Of a stretch of 64,000 nt of DNA, positions 11,901-22,290 are shown one piece after another (positions within the stretch are counted from its first letter, which is position 1; each line of letters begins with the position of its first letter). The notes beneath the pieces are model-generated. The model was not told the DNA's origin. It made no database searches and saw only the letters and a program-made list of their open reading frames with translations. A program made the position numbers and the translations under genes. This DNA is from Podarcis bocagei (lineage: Eukaryota): assembly GCA_964188305.1 (NCBI GenBank), contig OZ076900.1. One strand, 5' to 3'.

Positions 11901-13988
11901 GTGTTGCTTGAAGGAGCCTCCCTGCCTTGGGAGGGAGCTCTCATAGCACATGGTAATGCAGGCCTTTATCCATCATGCTAATGATGCTGGAAAGGCTCAC
12001 ATCTGTTTTTATGTGCACTTCTGGCTGCTCCCTGAAGGAACATCCCTCTCTAAGGCTGGGGAAAGCTACCACCCAAGGGGTTGGTTGGTCTTCCTGCTCA
12101 ACTGTAGCCTGACATGTGTCTGTTCTGTGATGCCTGCCTGATAGCAAAGGACTGTGCACTAAAGGTTTCTAGGATGGAACTGTATTCATGGTACACAAGC
12201 CATGGATTTGATCATGGACCTCTGTAGTTAGGCCTGCTGAAGAGTGTCCATCCTCTTTGCTCTCAGGACCTGATGGACCATCCTCTGAATCTTGTCAGTG
12301 TGCAGTGAGGGAAAGCTCACCATGCCTTGCTTGGTGTCTATCACCACTCCTGCCCTCCTGTGGCTTCCAGCCACTGGTATTCAAAAGCATCCTGCCTCCA
12401 ACAGTGGAGGTGGAATATAGCTATTATGGCTTTCAGGCACTGATAGCCTTATCTTCCATGAAAGGACCTTCTGCATGCACTCTTCCACTCTTCCCTTTCC
12501 TCCCCTCTTCTTGAGAGCCACAGGTTCCTCATCCCTTGTTCAACAGTTAGGACCACCCTGCTCTTTTCTCATTTAGCTTCTGTTCCATTGTGCATGATTC
12601 AGTCCCAACATTTTGTCCATTGCCTTTCTTCCCCGTTGATTTTAATGCATGTTTTCATCTGTTTCATTGTCTATTTCTAACCTTTCCCATGCCTTATTGT
12701 ATTATTCCTTTGTCCTCACTCAGCAGTGCTTTACTGTTTGTTATCAGATGCTCATTTAATTAACGAGCTGCTGAATAGCTTTCTCGAAGCCAGTCAATAT
12801 TCTATCTTTCAGACAGTTAAAAAAAGAGATGCTGAATAAATAACATATTTGGAGCTTTACACCCCAGTCACTTGCTGCTCAGTTGCCCCAGTTTGTGAGT
12901 TGCTCTTTTCTTTATGACTTCCAAGTTCTCCCACATCCATTTTACAGAAATAGCTTCTGAAAAAAATCAACAACAATAATCTTCTAAATTGCTTCCATTT
13001 TTGTTCTTCCTAATTGATTGCACAATGAAGTTTAATAGTGCAGGCATTTTCAGAATTGTTTAATTTTGTCTTCCTCTTAATTTATTAAAGAACTTGCATC
13101 CTCCGAGGAGTTTTCCCCTTGATATATATGTTAACGGCTGCTGCTCTCCCTAACTCCTTAAAGTAAAATTAATATCCTTTCTTCCTTATCTTGCCTTGTG
13201 AAATAGGACAACAGAACCAATGCACACACACCCCGGTGCCCCTCACTTATTACATCTTCAACTAGTTTTCTTTTTTTTCTGTGCTTCTCTTATTGGTTCC
13301 AAAGGGTCTGCTTTGACTTGAATTTGTGTTTCTCTTTCGTTCTTAGAAGATTAATAGCGAGCAGGTCACATAACTATTCACATTTCCCCCCTTCCTTTAT
13401 TAATAGTCTGGAATATGAAATATGGGCCGAAGAAAGCATATGTATTGTTATAAGGGTGTGAACAGTGCCTAGGGTAGGAAAAAAAGCTCTATCAAAGTAA
13501 TTTCTCTTGTAAAAAAAAATCTTTATGGCTGTGTGCTGGCAGGAAGTGGCAGGTTATGTGCCCAGATGGTCCAGTATGTGTGGACATGCCTGCAATTTTA
13601 TGATGTGCATGTACAAGAATGCAGCACTCCACATGATTAGGGACAATGATTTCTCAAGAATCCCAATTGTGTGGAATCCTATCTGTGCTCATGGCACTTC
13701 CAGACGTCCTTTTACTGCACATTCATAATGATTGATGCTCTTGATACCATTGGGATGGTCATCCATGAACCCACTTTCAATACTCACTGCATCTGCAATT
13801 TTTTTGGAACCGTTACACTGCTTCATTTCCCTTCAGCGCACACATTTCATAACTTTTTATATTTCAGTGTTTGGTCTATTTTTGTTCCAGTTTTTGTTGT
13901 GCAGTAGCCCACATTGATGGTGTGGTAGCATTGGGGAAGCACCACGGAATAAACTAATGCAGAATAATTAGCTTACTCTACCATTAGC

Positions 13989-14325
13989 TCTACCACAGAG
14001 CCTAGGACTTGCCAATCAGAAGGTCAGTGGTTCGAATCCCCACAACGGGGTGAGCTCCCGTTGCTCAGTCCCAGCTCCTGCCAACCTAGCAGTTCGAAAG
14101 CACGTCCAAGTGCAAGTAGATAAATAGGTACCACTCCGGCAAGAAGGTAAACGGCGTTTCCGTACACTGCTCTGGTTCGCCAGAAGCGGCTTAGTCATGC
14201 TGGCCACGTGACCCGGAAGCTATACTCCAGCTCCCTCGGCCAATAAAGTGAGATGAGCGCCGCAACCCCAGAGTCGGTCACGACTGGACCTAATGGTCAG
14301 GGGTCCCTTTACCCTTAACTTTTAC
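13989..14325 (+). mobile_element. Sauria SINE, slightly 5'-truncated
   Basis: Typical body and ggggtccctttacc tail; 11-bp TSD ctaccattagc at 13978-13988 and 14326-14336. Confidence 0.95.
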
Positions 14326-14434
14326 CTACCATTAGCATACTTCCATTGTGTCAATTCAACTCAGAGATCGATAGAAAGTCAAAGCCTGAGTTTAGAATTG
14401 AGTCTAGAGTGATGTGACCTAAGAAGCAAAGGAA

Positions 14435-14680
14435 CAAGCAGAGAGATAGAGAGATCATTCCAGATCTCTGAAACCAATGCTGCAGTTATGGTAAAAACAA
14501 GACCCTTTTAGGGTGTTACTGCTGTGAACCCCTCCATTGTAGGCTCAGGTTGCATATATGTTCAAATAAACCATAAAGACACCACAGTCTCACCTGTGCC
14601 CCATTTCCAAAAGGAAACATGAACCCCAGGTAAGTGCATGGAACCTCTGGAATCTCACACCTCTTGGAGATTGAGGTGAA
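14435..14680 (+). mobile_element. Degraded LTR fragment of the same family as 11405-11688
   Basis: Shared blocks gggtgtta(a/c)tgctgtga..ccctcca(c/t)tgtaggctca(a/g)gttg..aataaaccata..ggaatctcacacc. Confidence 0.6.
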
Positions 14681-15319
14681 TTATATTTCCCCTTAACCTT
14701 TACTTCTCTAGGCTAAACATGTCTAGCCCTTTCAACCATTCCTCATAGGAAGGTTTCCACAAGAATTCTTGGCCCCCAAATAATTCCATTTATGCGGAAC
14801 ACATGTTATGCTAGAATGCAAAATATGATAGCATTCAACATATTCTAGACTGATGATACCTTTGGCACTGTCTTGGCACTGTTGACTGATACATGTGAGA
14901 TTTCCCTTGAAATACTTCCAAGAGGACGAGTTAGCTATCTACAAGTTCCCAAAGGAACATAGTTATGACAAAATACATAATGTAAGATACACAAGGATAC
15001 CATATAGTGTAATAAAAAATTGTCTTGGCACAGAGAAATGTGAAGAGACACTGTCAAAACTTATTCATTACAGAATGTTATCATCAGAATATTTATTTAT
15101 TAGTTATTTATATCTTGTCTTTCAGTTTACAAGAAACATTCCCCCCCCAAAAAAAACTCCACAGTAAACAATATGAACATAGAAAAAATTACCAGGGTCC
15201 TTCTTGTAGTGCAGTTGGTGGTAGATGCCCCTATGAAGGGCAGGAGGGTAAAAATCAGCTAGATCGGTCTCTGGGGTGGTTTTTGCCTGCCTCTGTCTCT
15301 GGGAATCCTCCCCAGAGGA

Positions 15320-15475
15320 TGGTTTGTTTATTTATTTTTATTTTTACATTTATATTATATCCCTCCTGTCCTCCAAAGAGCTCAAGGTGGCATTTAACAA
15401 GCTTGCATGGCTGAGTGGAGATTTTAATCCTGGTCTCCCAGGTCCTATTCAGACACTCAAACCATAGACCACACT
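15320..15475 (-). mobile_element. MIR-like/CORE SINE, internally deleted
   Basis: ccaaagagctcaaggtggc..gcttgcatggctgagtggag matches the fuller copy at 49950-50160. Confidence 0.55.
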
Positions 15476-16581
15476 GACTTAGTTGATAGTAAATGGTCCA
15501 GTGGTAAGGGAGGCTGAGGGGTGAGGCCAGGCTTATCTTCTCCTTGCAGAGATTGTGATAGTGCATAAGGCTACTGAGTTGTTGTTGTTGTTTTTTTAAA
15601 AAAAACATTCCTCCCATACTCCCCTTTTACTAACCAAGGATGAAGCAGGGTTAGCTTAGAAAGAGAAAAGGGGTGAACGGGCAAAAGCAGGGATGCCAAG
15701 CAGGACTGCGGAGCAGAACAGAGAAGTAGATTCAGAGTGGAGTTGGCAAGGTGAAAAACAAGCTTAGTAGTTGCATGGGGTGGGAAGGGGAAGCTCTAGG
15801 GCATTAATATGGAAGGAATGGCAAAGGAGGTGGTAAGTGGAGTGTGTAGAGACAAAGCCCATCAAATATGTATATATACATATACAGACAATAACTGTTT
15901 TGCATTTCTGACCCATGCACATGTTGGCAGAGCATGTGCAAGCCCCCTCGCCACCCCTTTTCTGGCCACTTCTAGTTTATGGTGATGCACGTGTGCATGG
16001 TCACACGTGCTTTGAACATGCGCAAAACGGTTGTTGCCTGTGCACACACAAACACACACAGCCTTGTGGTTATACTGGATGAACCAAGATGGTGAACTGA
16101 CCTACTGAGCTGTTTCTAACCTGGTTGTGCTCCACTGTTCAGAGGACAATGCTTGCACTTCCACCTTTCCTCCCAGCATTCCTTGTCATTAATGCCGTGG
16201 TGCAAAACACACCTTTATGAATGATTGTACCAATGAAAGTGTCAGTTTATTGCAAAGTCTTCTGAACACTGTTGGCAATAAATGAAACTCTGACAGAATG
16301 GTAAGGTCAAGATGCAACTCCACTTTGGCAAATTAAAGAAGAAGATAAGAAGCATGAAACAACGTAGCTTCTTTATAATCAGAAAGAATAGACAATATGG
16401 GACTGGGTGGATAATATAGGCATACCTTGTTCTGTTGCACTTCACTTTTCTGTGGTTTGCAGTTATTTCTCCTAATGAAGATGTAGCTGCAGTCATCCTG
16501 GTCCCTTCCAGGAGGAGAAAACCTTTCTGCTGTCACTGCCTGTCTTCTGGCCTTGAGAGTGGAACTGGCTAGGGGTGGAGC

Positions 16582-17106
16582 CAGGGGCGAATGAAGGCAT
16601 TGTGATACCTGGGGCAGAGTGTTGCTACATAGGGCGCATGTGTTACGTCACTATGTACGACACATGCGCCGTATGTAGTGATGCTGCACATGTGCTGTAC
16701 ATAGTGGTTTGCTGGCGCCGCCGCTCCAGCGCCGTATGGACGGTGCTGGGATCCCTCTGTCGCCGCTACAGCCGAGAACGGAGGATCCTCTACATGCAGC
16801 TGTAGCGGCAATGGAAGGATCCCACCACTGTCCGTACGGCACTTGAGCAGAGCCGGCGGCAAAATGCTATGTACAGTGCATGTGCGCCGTCATTACGTAC
16901 AGTGCATGTGTGTGACGCCACACATGCACTGTACATAGCATTTTGCTGCCGGCGCTGGAATTCTATGCTCGCAGCTGCAGCCGCAAACAGAAGGCCATCC
17001 ACGTGCAGCTGTGGCAGCATGATGGCTGAGCCCCCACGGAGTGCCTTCTTGTCACCCCCCCAGACATGGCCCCTGGGGCCCCCTGCCCCCCCTTGCGACG
17101 CCACTG
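16582..17106. mobile_element. Non-autonomous hAT element with internal foldback repeats
   Basis: Perfect 8-bp TSD ggtggagc (16574-16581, 17107-17114); imperfect TIRs caggggcgaatgaagg / ccttgcgacgccactg; CpG-rich. Confidence 0.85.
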
Positions 17107-17377
17107 GGTGGAGCTGGGGTTTTCCTGTCCAGCCAGGGGACCTTGGCTTAAATGACCACAATATAATATAACCATAATTTTAAATGCACTGGGAAACAAA
17201 AAACATATATTGTGAGACTCACTTTATTGTAATTTTTGCTTTATTGTGGTGGTCTGGAGGCAAACCTGCTATAGTCTGCTCAGTCTCACCTTTTGAGTTG
17301 TGTGTTGCACCTATCCTGTTGAACAGCCTGGAATGTTTAATCCTGTACTGCTTTCCATTTCTTAGTCACTCTAGAAT

Positions 17378-17720
17378 AGGGATAGGGGACCTGTGGCCCT
17401 TGAGATTTTGTTGGTCTTGAACTTCTATCAGCCCTAGCTAGCATAGTCAAGGACAGTGAAAATTATAGCCAAACAACCTCTGAAAGGCAAAAGTTCATAA
17501 GACCATAAAAAGCTCTACTAAATCAGGTCAAAGTCCCATTTAGTTCAGTGTCCTGTTTATACAATGGCCAACCAGATGCCCTTGGGGAGTCCACAAGCAG
17601 GACCCCAGTCCAACACTGCTCTCCTCAGTTATGATTCCCAGCATAGTGCCTCCAACAGTGAACTAGCCATCATGGCTAGTAACCAATGTTAGTTTTATCC
17701 TCCATGAAAGTTCCCCATCC
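17378..17720. mobile_element. Palindromic hAT-like MITE with a nested minus-strand CR1 3' fragment (~17497-17708)
   Basis: ggggacctgtggccc..gattttgttgg MITE body, then cataagaccataaaaag..ggccaaccagatgcc..ttatcctccatgaa, then the MITE end gttccccatccctg. Confidence 0.6.
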
Positions 17721-17764
17721 CTGCTCTAGAACATGGTAGATGTCTGGAAATTGAAGTAACAATA

Positions 17765-18621
17765 AACGACAAAGGTATGCTCAACAAATCTACAGATGAA
17801 ACCAAACTGGGAGGGGTAGTTAATGCTGCAGAAGACAGAACCAGAATTCAAAATGACCTTAACAGATTGGCGAACTAACAAAATGAATTTCAATAGGGAC
17901 AAATGTAAGGTCCTGCACTTAGGCAGGAAGAACCATATGCACAAATATAGGACGGGGGAGACCTGGCTTACTTGCAGTACATGTGAAAAGGATATAGGAG
18001 TCTTGGTGGACAACAAGCTTAACATGAATTAACAGTGTGATGCAGCAGCAAAAAAAGCTAATGCTCTTCTAGGCTGCATCAACAGAAGTATAGTGTCCAG
18101 ATTAATGGAAGTTATAGTACCATTCTATTCTGCCTTAGTCAGACCACACTTGGAATACTATATCCAATTCTGGGCACCACAATTTCAGAAGGAGGCTGAC
18201 AAGCTGGAACGTGTGCTGAGGAGGGCAACCAAGATGATCAAGGGTCTGGAAACTAAGCCTTATGAGGAGCACTTGAAGGAACTGGGTATGTTTAGCCTGG
18301 AAAAGAGGAGAGGCTGTCATATGGAGGAGGGAGCATGCTTGTTTTCTCCTGCTCTGGAAGGCAGGACTTGAACCAATGGCTTCAGGTTGCAAGAAAAGAG
18401 ATTCCGACTAAACATTTGGAAAAACTTTCTGACAGTAAGAGCTGTTTGACAGTGGAACAGACTCCCACAAGAGTTGGTGTACTCTCCTTCCTTGGAGGTT
18501 TTTAAACAGAGTTTTGATGGCCATCTCTCAGGGATGCGTTAGCTGAGATTCCTGCATTGCAGGGGGTTGGTCTAGATGACCCTTGGGGTGCCTTCCAACT
18601 CTAAGATTCTATGATTTTATG
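17765..18621 (+). mobile_element. CR1 LINE, 5'-truncated (ORF2 RT C-terminus pseudogene plus 3' UTR)
   Basis: ORF pieces MNFNRDKCKVLHLGRKN..CEKDIGVLVDNKLNM and [32 protein letters not shown] are classic CR1. Ends in a (attctatg)-like tail. Confidence 0.95.
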
Positions 18622-19896
18622 AAACGTATGTGTGTTTTAAAGGAAGCATATCTATAATGTAACACTCTACAATAATAGGAAGTATTCAGTTTCTCTGTCT
18701 TCTTTTTTAAACCAATTAAAACATTTTCCACAGAAAAATAGAACTGAGCTGGGCAATTTTTTTAAAAGATCACTTGGAAGAAAGGACCAGGCTAAAAACT
18801 AACCACCACAAAATGCAAGAACCAGTTAGGCAACAGCAGGATGACTAGGAACAATCACTTGCATAATTCTAATTCTGGCAAGGTCAGTGGAGGTTGCCTT
18901 CAGCTTGGCATTACAATTTAGCTTACTCATACTGCAGGGTGGACAGGAGAAGAGCTCCCCAGGAAGAGCGGAGTTTTTGAGATAAAAAGTGTTGCAATGA
19001 AAGGGGACAAAGCAGTGATAACCCAGTGCTTGAAGAGTAAGAGCTGTGGCTAAAAGAAAACCAATTGGAGGGGGAAGTTCTTGTCATAGAATGAGATTGC
19101 TGTCACCTTGAAAATGAGCACCCACATGTGAGGAGAGAACAGTATATTGACTTCAGCCAACCTGGCAGATGTCATTGGAGCAGCCACAACAGAGCAGAGA
19201 AGAATGAAACCTAAGATGAGATTATTTTCAGTGATCTTTGTGGTTCTTTGGCTAAACTGGTCAGGTCACGGTGCAAATGATGGTGGCAGTTTTAGGGACT
19301 GGCTCATTTAAAGATGCTTCTGCAGTTGCAGTTCCTTTATATGGCTATTAAGAATAAGACTTGGCAGGAGGCCAGGTTGCAATTAGAGCAGTACCAGTTT
19401 TGACAAGTGCAATTTCTCAGTCATTTCACTGACCTTGAAACCGGTTGTTTAGTTTCAAGTGTATATCAGTTGTATCCCATAGGAGAGGTGAAACTCTGTT
19501 GGTGGGAAAAGTGGCTGCCATTTTGTTTTCCTCAGAGATTTCTGTTCTGAAGTGCTTTTTGAGTTTTGGGAAATGGCTAAGACAAGAGTGGAGAACTGTT
19601 TAAAAGTTCAGAAATAAGCAGGCCTTAAAAACCAGAGGAAAAAAAGGGGGTGCATGTTGCTTAAAATAAGTTGAGGTGGGAATTCTCTCACTCTCTTTTT
19701 TATTATCATCACACATTAATGACGTAATCTTTATTATCATCACACATTAATGACGTAAAACTCAACAAATATTACACAATACACAGTACATACATTTCAT
19801 ACAATACCTATCCTCGTACCTTTACACTGGACATCACATCACACATATTTGACTTCCCACTTTCCTCTTAATGCTACGTTATCAATCTTAACTCAA

Positions 19897-20497
19897 TGTG
19901 CTGGTCCTGGGGGCTAACTGAGAGGCGAGGTCCGAGTCCAGTCCGAGGTCGATGGTGCGGTATGGAGGCTGTCCATCAAAGCTGTAGCTGGGTCCAAGGC
20001 GGGGAGTCAGGTGGGGTCAGGCAGAAGAGCAGAACAGGGTGCAGGCAGGAACATGCTAGCAACACCGTTGCTCCCGCAACCCGGGACTGGGGCTGCCTGG
20101 CTTTTATCTGCCCCGAGGCATAGGGCGGCCCCGGTCCACAGGTGACTCGCCTCTCCTGGTCTGGAGGCGAGCACTCCTCCTGCAGGAACTTAGTTGCCTC
20201 CGCCTCTCTGCCCTGAGCTTCTGCAGCTCAGGAGAGGCTGGAGTGTTACCGGACCCAGAGGCAACCTCCTCTTTCCCTGACGGGGCTGAGAGTGGAGCAC
20301 CTGCAGGCAATGGGTCCTCCATCACCTCAGGGGCCAGAGCAGACTCAGCTGGTGCCTCCACCTGAGGATCCAGCACAGGTGAGGACCCTTCAGGCTCAGG
20401 CCCCAGCCCCAGCTCAGCTGGTTCTGGAGGCGGGGAATCCTGTGCAGGCTGGGATTCCTCAGGTTCAACCTCTGAGTCCGAATCTCAGGCCATCACA
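19897..20497 (-). mobile_element. Solo LTR (probably Gypsy), 601 bp
   Basis: TG...CA ends with imperfect inverted termini tgtgctggtc / ggccatcaca; 5-bp TSD ctcaa at 19892-19896 and 20498-20502; GC-rich; TATA-like GATAAAAG on the minus strand at 20101-20108. Confidence 0.85.
20104..20493 (-). pseudogene. LTR U3-internal ORF (~129 codons, acidic/Pro-rich then basic, RRSARL motif) with one stop at codon 3
   Basis: Manual in-frame extension of the track ORF 20104-20376 gives ATG GCC TGA then DSDSEVEPEESQPAQDSPPPEPAELGLGPEPEGSSPVLDPQ...RRSARLQTRRG...RGR*. Confidence 0.45.
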
Positions 20498-21869
20498 CTC
20501 AATACGCATGTTGCAGTGATTCTTCCACATTTCCTTTTGTTTGTCTATTCATATTTCACTGTATCTTCCCTCTATTTACAAGATTTAGTCTGAATCTGCT
20601 AGGAGATTTGAGTTGTCCATATAGCTTTTTAAAATATTCTTTAAAGATTAACCATTCTTTATTAACTTTTTGAACAATGTTTCCTCTTACTCTCCCTGTT
20701 AGTTTTGCAAGATGTAAATATTCAATCATTTTAGCTAACCAGTCAGATTTGGTGTGGATTATGTTGCTTTTCCAATTTTTTGCTATGAGAATTCTTGCCG
20801 CTGTGGTGGCATACATAAAGAATGGTCTACATGTTTTCTTGATTTCCAAGGACATGATACCAAGCAGGAATGCTTCCAGTTTTGTTTTGTTTTTGAAAGG
20901 GAATTTAAACATTTTTTTCCAGTTTGTTATAGATGATATCCCAGAACTTTTAGTTTTTTGCACTCCCATCACATATGTATGAAGGTCCCTTTCCCCTCTT
21001 TGCACCTCCAACATATGTCTGTACTGTTCTTGTACATTTTAGCCAATTTGGCCGGAGTTAAATACCATCCATATTGCATCTTCAATATGTTTTCCCTAAG
21101 ATTGTAACAGGCAGTGAATTTGATGTCGCTTTTCCATAACCTTTCCCATTCACTCATAAGCATGTTATGATCAAGGTCCTAGGCCCAGTGTATCATGGCT
21201 GCTTTTAGTTCCTTCTCCTTTACTTCCCTTTCGAGAAGAAGATTATACATTTTTTAATATAAATTTTCCTTTGGTCTGTATTAATTTTTTTTCTAATTTC
21301 AGAATTTCTTTTGCAAATCCTTTTTGTTTGTCTAATCTCAATCTTCTGTTAATTTGAAAATATTGAAGCCAATTGTTCAAATATGATAGTATTTCGTCAA
21401 ATTATTTTATCTTTAATTTGTTATTTTCCTCTTTTAATATCATTTTGTATGTAGGCCATTTTTCTTGCATATTTTTCTTTTTCACTGCCATAGCTTTTGT
21501 AGGCGAGGTCCACCAGGGGGTTTTCGGTTCCAATATATCTCTGTATTTTCTTATTATATGGTCCAAAAAACCCCTGTGGACCTTCACTTTATCGTAAATT
21601 AGATATGTGTGCCATCCAAAGCGGGTGCCATAGCCTTCGATATCTAATAGATCCGTATCTCTCCCTCTCTGTCATTACCACATGTATATGAGGTGGTATC
21701 TGTGTTGATCCTCTCATGCATGCAATTCATCTCATGACGTTGCAGTCATCAAGTGATGATTTCACATGTGTGAAGCACGCTTGAATCTCTTGCAAGTGAA
21801 TGAATATACGACATTGGTAAATGAACAGCGCTTTACCACGCAAAGACAGATCTTAGGGAAATGTTTTCT

Positions 21870-22290
21870 CTATTTCGCTTCATAAAATTTCCCCTGGCTC
21901 TCCACTCCCAAGGGATTCCCAGAGCATTTTGCAAATCAAACAGTTACAACAATAAGAAGATCAGTACACTAAATAATTTTAAAACTTAAGAGCAGAAAAT
22001 CAAACATCAGAACCAGAACCAGGTAAGGCATTTGTTAAAACCTGGCTAAATTAAAAGGGTCTTTACCTGGAGCTGAAATTATAATAAAGGCATTCTAAAT
22101 ATAGGGCACCAACACTGAAAAAGCCCTATCGTCAGTCACTACACACCCGTCTCCTGAAAGTCTGAAGATCCATTGAGGGATCTCAGCTGAAGAACTCAAC
22201 ATCTCGGCAGAGCTTAGTGACAGGAGCAAGTGGTCCTTAATGTATGCTGATCCTATGATGTAAAGGTCTTTAAAGGTCAAAACCAGCAAG
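21870..22290 (-). mobile_element. L2 LINE 3' fragment, degraded
   Basis: The minus-strand ORF contains KLLLVLTFKDLYIIGSAYIKDHL..DRAFSVLVP, typical of the L2 ORF2 end. Confidence 0.75.

Larger units (their letters stand above)
19697..21657 (-). mobile_element. L1-clade LINE, 5'-truncated, frameshifted ORF2 C-terminus, interrupted by a solo LTR
   Basis: Frameshifted ORFs 21402-21587, 20969-21163 (WYLTPAKLAKMY..CWRCK..H, Cys-rich knuckle) and 20556-21014 (FMYATTAARILIAKNWK). TSD tctctc(a/c)ctctct at 19684-19696 and 21658-21670. Confidence 0.9.
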
